Shown piece after piece: positions 7,952 through 16,382 of a DNA stretch of 64,000 nucleotides. Each line of letters opens with the position of its first letter. Position 1 is the stretch's first letter. The notes under the pieces were generated by a model. It made no database searches, was not told the DNA's origin, and saw only the letters and a list, made by a program, of their open reading frames with translations. The position numbers were made by a program, and so were the translations under genes. The DNA is taken from IMG/VR virus record IMGVR_UViG_3300026183_000827; one strand, 5' to 3'. The stretch is from a virus.

Positions 7952-10171
7952 ATGAAGTGGCGCGACATAAAAGAAGATGGTAGAATAGTCAAAGGTGTTA
8001 ACACTACTGTTGACGTGGGCACTGATGAGATCAAAAAGCAGGCAGCAAAATTTGGATTTAAGGTAGACAAGGACGGACGTCCACAAAATCATCCAACTAA
8101 AATTAAAGGTAAATCAACTAATGTATTGTTTAATCTAGGATTAGCAGAAAGTGTTGCTATTAAGTTTGAACGTACAGACGAGTATGACATACTCCATATT
8201 AAAGAAAAAGGTAAAAACCGTGTAGAAGTACGTGGCAAAAAAGGATACGAAAGCGGCAACTACGATCCTAAAGACAAGTTACACCGTGTATTAGATAAAC
8301 TAGGTAAGGCTGCTAATATAAGTGAACTTATGAACGGAGAAACTGTTGTCCTTAATCCTAAACATCCAGACGGTCCTCGTGCTATCAAAACAGTAACATC
8401 TGAATGTCCTAGGACCAAAGCATCTAGTTGTCAATGCGAAAGTGTTAACAAAGTAACAGAAGCACAAGAAACTGTAACAGCAGTATGTGAATTATATCCT
8501 AATGACAATGTTGAAGGGACAATCCTATTTAAGCAACAACCTAATAAACCTACATTAATAATTGGAGAAATCAAAGGATTATCTCCGGGCAAGCATGGTT
8601 TTCATATACACGAATTCGGCGATTTAAGTAAAGGTTGCGAAAGTGCAGGTGGACACTACAACCCAGATAGAATAGATCATGGAGATTTATCTAAAGGTCA
8701 TGTTGGTGATTTAGGTAATATTACAGCAGACGAGAACGGAATAGCAGAAATCCGTATAGTTGCTAAACGAGTAGACTTATTAGGTGAAAGAAGTGTTGTC
8801 GGCAGGTCTGTTGTAGTGCATAGTGATGTTGATGATCTAGGCAGAGGCGACAACGAAGAAAGTTTAAAAACCGGTAATGCAGGCGATAGATTAGCTTGTG
8901 GAGTAATCGTTATGAAAGAAACAGTTAATGAAACAACAGTATATTCTAGAGACGAATTACCACAAATTAAAAACAAACAATTATCAAAACTAAAACATAC
9001 TATAGAAACAGTTGCGCTTGCAGATATAATACCTGTGCAAGAAGAACGTATTGTAGAAAATTTTAAACGTCAAGTTGATAATATTGTTGCTGGCAAGTAT
9101 AAACCAATTATTGTTGATTATAATAATAAAATTGTAAATGGCCATCATAGATACACTGCACTGGAAATGCTAGGCTATGAAAGTATAGAAGTTGCACGTT
9201 TGCCTTGGAGTTTGGAAACAATATTAGAAAAGTGGAGTCAAAAATATAAGCGTAGTATTAATTGCAACAATCCTAAAGGCTTTTCGCAGAAAGCACATTG
9301 TCAAGGACGTAAGAAAAAAGAAAGTATAGAAGAAGGTAAATTAAAATCTAAATCATATAAAAAAGCAGTTAAAGCAGCAGCAATGCAAGGTAAACGTCCT
9401 AAGAAAAAACTTAAAACAAAATTCAGTGAAAACTTTGCTAAAGCAGCAAAAGAAGATTTACTTGCATACAAGAGAATTATAGGACTTGCTAAAAAGGCTT
9501 ATGAAACTAATGAAATAGATCCTTACTTTTATGATGCAGTTAAAATCACTTTTGATATGAACTTGTATAAAAAAAATCCTAAACTTTTAAGCACACTTTT
9601 AAAAGTAGGCAGAAACCTAGCCAAAGAAGATTGGCCGGAAGTTGTTCAAGATATTAAGAAAAATACAGGCATTGATTTAGAAGCACATATTAGTGAAAAC
9701 TTTGCTGAAGGAAATTTACTTGCTAATCCACAGAATAGTGTGTTAGTAAAAAAAGAATATCCTTACGATTGGTATAAAATTGGCACACAGATTGCTAATC
9801 TTGACAATGTATCTCAACATATAAAGGATAGAAATAGACAAGATATCTATATTCAATTCTTTGGTGGAGAAAAAGAAAAAGAATTTATGATGAAAAAGTT
9901 AGGTGCTATTGGTTACGATGTTCAAGACGCTGACGGTTATCGTGATATGCACTTTGATGAGAATACTGAAGGTAGTTACATCCTTAGAATTAGAGAAAAC
10001 TTTGCTGATGGTAAAACAGATAGTAAAAGCAGACCAGGGCGTGTAAAGCGTTCAGGTGCTAGTTGTAATGGCAGTGTAACAGCATTACGCAAACGTGCTA
10101 AGAATGCAAGTGGTGAGAAGGCTAAGATGTACCACTGGTGTGCTAATATGAAAAGCGGAAGGAAAAAGTAA
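7952..10171 (+). CDS. Multi-module protein containing Cu/Zn superoxide dismutase (~8468-8915) and ParB/Srx-like (~8950-9200) domains
   Basis: SOD: HGFHIHEFGD, GCESAGGHYNP, DHG, HVGDLGNI, GRSVVVH, GNAGDRLACGVI; ParB-like: PIIVD...IVNGHHRYTA. Confidence 0.88.
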   Translation: MKWRDIKEDGRIVKGVNTTVDVGTDEIKKQAAKFGFKVDKDGRPQNHPTKIKGKSTNVLFNLGLAESVAIKFERTDEYDILHIKEKGKNRVEVRGKKGYESGNYDPKDKLHRVLDKLGKAANISELMNGETVVLNPKHPDGPRAIKTVTSECPRTKASSCQCESVNKVTEAQETVTAVCELYPNDNVEGTILFKQQPNKPTLIIGEIKGLSPGKHGFHIHEFGDLSKGCESAGGHYNPDRIDHGDLSKGHVGDLGNITADENGIAEIRIVAKRVDLLGERSVVGRSVVVHSDVDDLGRGDNEESLKTGNAGDRLACGVIVMKETVNETTVYSRDELPQIKNKQLSKLKHTIETVALADIIPVQEERIVENFKRQVDNIVAGKYKPIIVDYNNKIVNGHHRYTALEMLGYESIEVARLPWSLETILEKWSQKYKRSINCNNPKGFSQKAHCQGRKKKESIEEGKLKSKSYKKAVKAAAMQGKRPKKKLKTKFSENFAKAAKEDLLAYKRIIGLAKKAYETNEIDPYFYDAVKITFDMNLYKKNPKLLSTLLKVGRNLAKEDWPEVVQDIKKNTGIDLEAHISENFAEGNLLANPQNSVLVKKEYPYDWYKIGTQIANLDNVSQHIKDRNRQDIYIQFFGGEKEKEFMMKKLGAIGYDVQDADGYRDMHFDENTEGSYILRIRENFADGKTDSKSRPGRVKRSGASCNGSVTALRKRAKNASGEKAKMYHWCANMKSGRKK
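9428..10006 (+). repeat. Three in-frame copies of GAAAACTTTGCT (E-N-F-A) at 9428, 9695 and 9995
   Basis: Identical 12-mers with flanking AGT/AGA; all in frame with ORF 7952. Confidence 0.85.
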
Positions 10172-10278
10172 TGGATTGCAAATGCGAAAATTGCGGGTGT
10201 GAACATCACTGCGGAACAGAATGCAAAGATTGTAAAAACGATGTTTGCCAAAACTGCAAGTGTGAACACTGTAAATGA
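10171..10278 (+). CDS. Metallothionein-like Cys-rich peptide (35 aa, not in ORF track)
   Basis: MDCKCENCGCEHHCGTECKDCKNDVCQNCKCEHCK: 11 Cys and 3 His, CxC/CxxC motifs; ATG overlaps the upstream TAA. Confidence 0.8.
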   Translation: MDCKCENCGCEHHCGTECKDCKNDVCQNCKCEHCK

Positions 10279-10382
10279 TAGATATAGAATATTACGTTAA
10301 AAAATTAAAAGATCACGAAACACAACGGCTAAGTACTAACGAACGTAATAATTTTTGGAGACAATATAATGAAAATAAATGA
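10275..10382 (+). CDS. Small hypothetical protein (35 aa, MIDIEYYVKK...)
   Basis: ATGA overlap with the metallothionein-like stop; fills the gap to the next gene. Confidence 0.5.
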   Translation: MIDIEYYVKKLKDHETQRLSTNERNNFWRQYNENK

Positions 10383-10575
10383 ATTTGCAACAGCAGGCGC
10401 TACTAGTGCAGGTAATGTTGCATCAGTTGCTAGTGTTCCAGGTGCTAAACGTAAAGTAAAAAAAGATAAAAATGGAATACCTAAAGCACCACAAGCTCTA
10501 AATCCGGACGGAACTGCTAAAAACGCACAAGACATAGACAAAAATTTAATGGGCGGCAAAACTATTAAAAGGTGA
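10369..10575 (+). CDS. Hypothetical protein (MKINEFATAGATSAG...)
   Basis: GGAG SD; N-terminal MKIxE motif. Confidence 0.75.
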   Translation: MKINEFATAGATSAGNVASVASVPGAKRKVKKDKNGIPKAPQALNPDGTAKNAQDIDKNLMGGKTIKR

Positions 10576-10578
10576 TTA

Positions 10579-11472
10579 GTGACAAATTTATTAATAACCT
10601 TTGGTTGCAGTTGGACATGGGGTGTTGGAATTTTTTATGAAGATGGTATGTCTTCAAAAGAGTATTTTGACCATCCTGTTGTTTATAAGCCTGAAGGAAC
10701 TTTCAGACAAATACTATCAGAAAAATGGAAATGTAAAAATTTAAACTTTTCTACCGGTGCTAGTAGTAATCAAAAACAATTTAGATATGCCAAACATTTT
10801 TTTGCAAGCGATGAATTTCTTAAATTAAAAAAAGAATATAAAAACATCACAGTTTTATGGGGCATTACATCTACTGCTAGAAATGAAATATGGGATTTTA
10901 AAAATAAAGATTTACAAAATTTAATCTTTACTAATCCAGGTAATAATCAATATACTTTTACTGTAAAAGAATGGACTAGATATTTCTATAATCACGAAAA
11001 CGAAGTTTTTACACTTGCAAAAGATATGAATTTTTTTAACAGTTATTTTGAATCATTAGGTATAAAAAATTATTGGTTTGATACTTTTAATCATCACGAT
11101 TATAGTAAAGAACATCCCGCTTTAAAATTTCAAGCAACAAATGAAAAACATCAAAATGAAGATAATTGGCACAAGCTAGAAAATGATGTTATTTTAAACG
11201 AAATAAAATTAAAAAGTTTAAAATCATCGAATAACATAAAAAATATGTTATTTGATAATCAACAACCTAGAGATTTGTGCAGTTTATTGTGTAAAGAATA
11301 TAATATAGATTATATAGATAATAATTATCATACTAGTTCATTTTCGGAAGATAGTAATAGAATAAAGTTTTTAGTCAATAATAATATACTTAATCCACAC
11401 AGCTATCATCCTACAAAATTAGGTCATCAAACTATTGCTAATTTAATACATAAAGAAATAAATACATTATAA
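10579..11472 (+). CDS. SGNH/GDSL hydrolase-like protein
   Basis: FGCSWT, GASSN, C-terminal HPTKLGH. Confidence 0.6.
   Translation: MTNLLITFGCSWTWGVGIFYEDGMSSKEYFDHPVVYKPEGTFRQILSEKWKCKNLNFSTGASSNQKQFRYAKHFFASDEFLKLKKEYKNITVLWGITSTARNEIWDFKNKDLQNLIFTNPGNNQYTFTVKEWTRYFYNHENEVFTLAKDMNFFNSYFESLGIKNYWFDTFNHHDYSKEHPALKFQATNEKHQNEDNWHKLENDVILNEIKLKSLKSSNNIKNMLFDNQQPRDLCSLLCKEYNIDYIDNNYHTSSFSEDSNRIKFLVNNNILNPHSYHPTKLGHQTIANLIHKEINTL
11458..11464 (+). promoter_or_regulatory. T4-late-like promoter box ATAAATA
   Basis: ATAAATA, then AGGAG SD and ATG 11485. Confidence 0.5.
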
Positions 11473-11484
11473 CAGGAGTTTAAT

Positions 11485-12315
11485 ATGTCTTTGCAATTCA
11501 AACATGGTTCTTATACCACTAAAAACTTTGACATGTGTGCAGATGCTGTAAAAGAATTTAACAAGGCTGCAAAAGATGAAAAAGTTGATAAACAAAAAAT
11601 GCTTAAGGCTGCTAGAGCAGTTGACAAATACTTAGGTATGGAAAAGAAAGCAAAAGAAAAGGGTAGTGCAACAAATGCCCAATTAGATTCATTTATGAAT
11701 GCTGTAGAAGATGCAAAGACAGCAATCTCAGATGCAGGATTAAAGGGGCACACTTATCACAAGTGGCATGTAGCAGATATGAAAAAATACGCAAAAGAAG
11801 AAGTTAAAGAAGGTTTAGGCGACATGGCGCACATGGCTGAAAAAGACCATGAGGTGCAAATGGCTCGTGCAGACCTGTACAAAATAGCAAAATATTCAAT
11901 TAAATTACACGAAATGTTAAAAGGTGTTTCAGAAGCCGAAGGCTTAGAAGGTTGGGTACAATCAAAAATTACCAAAGCAGCAGACTATTTAGGTTCAGTA
12001 TATCATCATTTAGATTATGAACAAGCAACTGGTGAGCTAGGTGAAGGCAAGTCGCCTCACAAGAAAGGTACTAAAGCATACAAGAAACATATGGCTGCAA
12101 TGCATGCTGAAAGTGCAAACGATCCATATAAGGCACAACTACGTGCTAAGTTAGCTGAAAAAACTAACGAAAGAAGCCTAACCAAAGGTGAAGAAGGCAA
12201 GCGTGAAAAGTATGTCAAGGGCATGAAAAAAGCCAAAGGCGACTTTAAAAAACGCTACGGTAAAGACGCAGAAGCAGTAATGTACGCAACAGCAACTAAG
12301 ATGGCCAAGAAATAA
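11485..12315 (+). CDS. Hypothetical Lys/Ala/Met-rich multi-module protein (possible internal head protein)
   Basis: Modules separated by xxE sites (VKE/G, LGE/G, HAE/S, TNE/R). Confidence 0.75.
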   Translation: MSLQFKHGSYTTKNFDMCADAVKEFNKAAKDEKVDKQKMLKAARAVDKYLGMEKKAKEKGSATNAQLDSFMNAVEDAKTAISDAGLKGHTYHKWHVADMKKYAKEEVKEGLGDMAHMAEKDHEVQMARADLYKIAKYSIKLHEMLKGVSEAEGLEGWVQSKITKAADYLGSVYHHLDYEQATGELGEGKSPHKKGTKAYKKHMAAMHAESANDPYKAQLRAKLAEKTNERSLTKGEEGKREKYVKGMKKAKGDFKKRYGKDAEAVMYATATKMAKK

Positions 12316-12977
12316 TGGATTACCATAAACTACAACAACAACTATTTGAAATGGATCCTAGTGATCCTAGAGAAGATTTAGCAAAATTGCAACAGGCTGC
12401 ACAAGGCGGCGGAATTGATAATGTTGCTCCTATTAAAAATTATCTAGAAGAAAGTGTTGTAGTCGAAGAAGGATCAATACCATTAGGCATAGACAGTATT
12501 GCAGATTTTGCTGCATTAGCAGGTGTTAAACTAGAAGAAGGCGAACGCTGGGATAGATTTAAAGCAGCAGCAAAACATGGTGTAGATAATTATAACACTG
12601 TCAAAGCATTACGACCAAATCTAGATAAAAATAAAATTAAAAAACCAGGCGAAGAACCAGCAGATAGTACTGATAAAAAGAAGTTTTCTACTAAAAAACC
12701 AAATATAAATCAAGATAAAGTAGAAGCACTTGAGGCTAGAGTTGCATACTTAGAAAGTGTTATAGAAACTTTAATAGAAGCAGACGATCGTAAAATTAAA
12801 CCACGTGATCCTAACGCACAAACACTAAACGATTTACGTAAGAGTGGTGCAATGGGCGCACATAAAGATAAAAAGAAACTAGCAAAACAAGGCTACTCAA
12901 AACACAAAGGCAAATCACAATATGAATCTATCAAAGACGAGCTATGGGCACGTTTAAATGAATTTAATAAATCTTAG
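12315..12977 (+). CDS. Hypothetical protein (possible internal head protein)
   Basis: 220-aa coupled ORF; ALAGVKLEE, LIE, YESIK motifs. Confidence 0.75.
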   Translation: MDYHKLQQQLFEMDPSDPREDLAKLQQAAQGGGIDNVAPIKNYLEESVVVEEGSIPLGIDSIADFAALAGVKLEEGERWDRFKAAAKHGVDNYNTVKALRPNLDKNKIKKPGEEPADSTDKKKFSTKKPNINQDKVEALEARVAYLESVIETLIEADDRKIKPRDPNAQTLNDLRKSGAMGAHKDKKKLAKQGYSKHKGKSQYESIKDELWARLNEFNKS

Positions 12978-13590
12978 ACCAAAATTTACTGACTCACCTT
13001 ATCTAACAAACCCAATCCAGCAACTAGACGCAGAAACATTACCCTTACGTGACTTTGATAAAGACGGTTACGAAGTTCCTGCACCTTTAGAACTAGCATA
13101 TTATCACACAAACAATGTAATTATGAATACTGAAATACAGTATCATATTGCGCCTGTACAAGAATGGTTCACAGATACTGAAAACAGTGAACTCGGCTTA
13201 GTATTAGATCACTGCATGATACTAACACGCTATGCCCTTGCAGGTGAAGCAAGAGAACAATTAGAAAAAGTAGCAAAGAATCGTCCTATTGTAAACAAAC
13301 TATTAAGTATTAAACCTAAATACGGTATAGATTTTTCACTTGACTATGTAACACATGATGTTATAATGGAAGTAATACATATAGAGCAGGACTTTACTAC
13401 TCTAGAAGAAGCAAACGCTGCAAAAGAACGACTAGAACACATAATTGATACTACAGATTGGTATCAAGGTGTTATAGATCTACAAAGCAGAAAACACGAA
13501 TGGGAAAATTTGTCAAGCGATGATCACTCAGACTACAAAGCACAATTTTTCGGTTGGCACAGAGCGTTTGACAACAAAAAAGTATTTTAA
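12958..13590 (+). CDS. Hypothetical protein
   Basis: 210-aa ORF. Confidence 0.7.
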   Translation: MNLINLRPKFTDSPYLTNPIQQLDAETLPLRDFDKDGYEVPAPLELAYYHTNNVIMNTEIQYHIAPVQEWFTDTENSELGLVLDHCMILTRYALAGEAREQLEKVAKNRPIVNKLLSIKPKYGIDFSLDYVTHDVIMEVIHIEQDFTTLEEANAAKERLEHIIDTTDWYQGVIDLQSRKHEWENLSSDDHSDYKAQFFGWHRAFDNKKVF

Positions 13591-13593
13591 TTT

Positions 13594-14574
13594 TTGGAAC
13601 CTAATTTGAGCGTACCTGATCTAGAAAGAGCAGTCGTTGAAGTGTTTGGTGGCTGTAATTATAAGTGTCAAATGTGTCCACAGACTACCGGAAGAGGTAA
13701 AGAGTGGACACGGAAGATGCCAATAGATATGTTTATTAATATATTAGACCAACTTCCTGGTAAACCTGTTATTAACTTAGAAGGGTCAGGTGAGCCTACT
13801 ATGGCAAAAGACTTGCCTAATTATATTGAAGAATGTACTAAGCGAGGATTTCCTAGCTTTATGTACAGCAACGGTAGTTTTTTTAGTGGTCATTTTATGC
13901 AAGAGTGTATTGATGCAGGCTTAAGATTTGCTAGATTTAGTTGTATAGGTTATAACAAAGACAAGTATAAACAATGGATGGCCGTAGATAACTTTGAGTT
14001 GTTAAAAACAAACATAATAAAAGCCAAAGAATACATCAAGGAAACTAATAGTAAATGTGTAGTTAGTAGTTATCATCTAATATTAGATAATAATCAAGTT
14101 GACTATGAAATCGATCAATATAGAAATAATTTTATTGGCCCTACAGGTACAATAGGTTATATATGGAAAATGCACAACTGGAGCGGAAACTATCAACCTT
14201 TATATCTACGTGATCCTAGTAAGCGTAGAACTTGTGGCCGGCCATTTGCTCCTGAAATTACAATACGTAGTGGAGGTAACGGAGGATTAAAAGGTGCAGT
14301 TACGCCTTGCTGTCAAACAATGGGTCCTCCAAATGAAACTTTAAGTGTACTAGGTCATGTACAAAATCAAACCATAGAAGAAATATGGTATGGCGACGAA
14401 TACAATAAACTTCGCAAAGCACATGAAATGAAAGATTTTGATAGTATTGATTATTGTAAAAATTGTGACTTTTTATACGATGATCCAGAAGTACTTGTTT
14501 GGTCAAATGATAAACAAGCAAGCACAGATTACATGCTTGGAACAAAATTTAGTCTAAAAGAGTACATGAATTAA
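13594..14574 (+). CDS. Radical SAM protein with SPASM domain
   Basis: CNYKCQMC, GSGEP, C-terminal C...PCC...CKNC. Confidence 0.88.
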   Translation: MEPNLSVPDLERAVVEVFGGCNYKCQMCPQTTGRGKEWTRKMPIDMFINILDQLPGKPVINLEGSGEPTMAKDLPNYIEECTKRGFPSFMYSNGSFFSGHFMQECIDAGLRFARFSCIGYNKDKYKQWMAVDNFELLKTNIIKAKEYIKETNSKCVVSSYHLILDNNQVDYEIDQYRNNFIGPTGTIGYIWKMHNWSGNYQPLYLRDPSKRRTCGRPFAPEITIRSGGNGGLKGAVTPCCQTMGPPNETLSVLGHVQNQTIEEIWYGDEYNKLRKAHEMKDFDSIDYCKNCDFLYDDPEVLVWSNDKQASTDYMLGTKFSLKEYMN

Positions 14575-14575
14575 C

Positions 14576-15193
14576 ATGAGAACTCTTGAATTTTTTGAAA
14601 CAGATATAGATACTATAAACAAACATTTCTATTCTCGCAGCCCTTCTAATATTTTAGAACACTGTGTAAATAAAGTATTTGCTAATGGTAAAATAGTAGA
14701 TACTAAGACTCGTAAATATAGAGAAATTAATCATATAAATGCTTTTTATGAATTGCAAAAAGAATTATCTTCTGGTAAAAAACTAGAAGATCCTCTTTGT
14801 TTAAGTTATTGGAGTACTAATGTACATCAACTTACTGTCGGAAAAGCAAGAATGGCACTAACTGAAGTATATAAACTTCCTGTTGTGCTAATTGTAGACA
14901 ATTTTTCCGGCAAGAAATTTGCAAAAAAATTTAATTTAAAAAGAATAGAATACGACACAACTAATTTTATAAGATGGGAAGCAAGTATTCAACATTTTAA
15001 AAATAAACCTTGGTTTAGAAATTTAGAAAAGCAATACAGAGATATAAATCTAATACAGTTTTTAGCTGATAGAGATAATTATCAAAGACCTACAAGCACT
15101 ATATTTCATTTAGATAATGATAAAGTGTATTGTGAAAATGAAAAATTTTTAGAAAAGAAAAATAACAAATGGTTTTTTTCAAATTTAACTTGA
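14576..15193 (+). CDS. Hypothetical protein
   Basis: 205-aa AT-rich ORF. Confidence 0.65.
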   Translation: MRTLEFFETDIDTINKHFYSRSPSNILEHCVNKVFANGKIVDTKTRKYREINHINAFYELQKELSSGKKLEDPLCLSYWSTNVHQLTVGKARMALTEVYKLPVVLIVDNFSGKKFAKKFNLKRIEYDTTNFIRWEASIQHFKNKPWFRNLEKQYRDINLIQFLADRDNYQRPTSTIFHLDNDKVYCENEKFLEKKNNKWFFSNLT

Positions 15194-15218
15194 CAAAAAG
15201 AAAAACACATTGTATACT
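15190..15218 (+). promoter_or_regulatory. Sigma70-like promoter
   Basis: TTGACA (15190-15195)-N17-TATACT (15213-15218). Confidence 0.8.
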
Positions 15219-15249
15219 AATATAAAATATATACCATAAGGAGATAAAA

Positions 15250-15510
15250 ATGGGATCTCGTACCTACGGCGCTGAAGAAAAAGCAAAACTAGAACGACTA
15301 GTAAAAGAAGGTGTAACTGTATTACAAGAAGTAGAAGATTTAAACACAGGCTTAAAAGAAACTGTAAAGGCTGTTGCAGAAGAACTTGATATTAAACCTA
15401 GTCTTATTAACAAGGCAATTAAAATTGCACAGAAACGTGACTGGGATTCACACGCAGATGCGTATGACGATCTCGAAACTCTTATCACTACGTTAGGGTA
15501 TGATAAATGA
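15250..15510 (+). CDS. T4 DsbA-like / GapR-like dsDNA-binding protein
   Basis: 86-aa helical protein, LKETVKAVAEELDIKPSLINKAIKIA pattern; AGGAG SD. Confidence 0.65.
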   Translation: MGSRTYGAEEKAKLERLVKEGVTVLQEVEDLNTGLKETVKAVAEELDIKPSLINKAIKIAQKRDWDSHADAYDDLETLITTLGYDK

Positions 15511-16109
15511 TAGAATCTGATGTTGAAAAGTTTGAAGATTTTATTGAGGTATACCACAACGTAGTATCTCCAGAATTTTGTAACGATACTATTGCACATT
15601 ATAATGCATTAGAACGAACAAGACGTGCATATTCTAGACAAGAATCTGAAGGTGCTGCTTATACTGATAAAACAGGCGGAGTAGCATTTCTAACTGATGA
15701 TCCAAATTTACAAAATTTTGATGTAACAGGCGAGATTTTATATCAATTTCACAATGCTAGTGCAGAATGTTTTAAACATTATGCAGAAAAGTTTGGTATT
15801 CTTTCACAACATCAACTTACTATGAATCATAATGTACAATTACAAAAAACGCCTAGAACAGGCGGCTATCATATTTGGCATTTTGAAAACAGCGGCGGCG
15901 GGAGTCATAAAAGAGCATTGTTTGTACAACTTTATCTTAACACGATTGACGAAGGTGGCGAAACGGAATTCTTATACCAAAGTAAACGTATTCCGGCTGT
16001 CCAAGGAAGTATGTTGATATGTCCTGCTGGTTTTACACATACACACAGAGGAAATCCTCCTCTAAAAGGAAACAAGTTTACAATTAATTCATGGGTAGAA
16101 TTTACTTAA
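15507..16109 (+). CDS. 2OG-Fe(II) oxygenase (prolyl 4-hydroxylase-like)
   Basis: YHIWHFE, LYLN...GGETEF, THTHRG, K...INSW. Confidence 0.85.
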   Translation: MIESDVEKFEDFIEVYHNVVSPEFCNDTIAHYNALERTRRAYSRQESEGAAYTDKTGGVAFLTDDPNLQNFDVTGEILYQFHNASAECFKHYAEKFGILSQHQLTMNHNVQLQKTPRTGGYHIWHFENSGGGSHKRALFVQLYLNTIDEGGETEFLYQSKRIPAVQGSMLICPAGFTHTHRGNPPLKGNKFTINSWVEFT

Positions 16110-16324
16110 TGCAAAAGCCTTATCAATGGTTAGCTTGGTTTAGTACAACAGCATTGTTATCAGCAGCTCTGTTAGCCGCTTTCAATGTCTACCCTTTGTA
16201 TATATACGCATTTATTGTTAGTAATAGTCTATGGACACTAATAGGTATTTTGTGGAAAGAAAAAAGTTTAGTCGTAATGAATACAGGACTAACTATAATA
16301 TATGTAGCAGGATTAGTGCTATAA
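16109..16324 (+). CDS. Small three-TM membrane protein
   Basis: Hydrophobic 71 aa; start moved to ATG 16109. Confidence 0.7.
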   Translation: MQKPYQWLAWFSTTALLSAALLAAFNVYPLYIYAFIVSNSLWTLIGILWKEKSLVVMNTGLTIIYVAGLVL

Positions 16325-16374
16325 TCGCCCAAGAGGCAAGTAGATGGTTAAGTTGGCCATAAGCAACGAAGGAG
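16317..16374 (+). promoter_or_regulatory. Structured 5' leader of the DNA polymerase gene (extended -10 plus candidate pseudoknot)
   Basis: TGCTATAAT 16317-16325; ATGGT/GCCAT and GTTG/CAAC stems just before GAAGGAG. Confidence 0.45.
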
Positions 16375-16382
16375 AAAAATGA

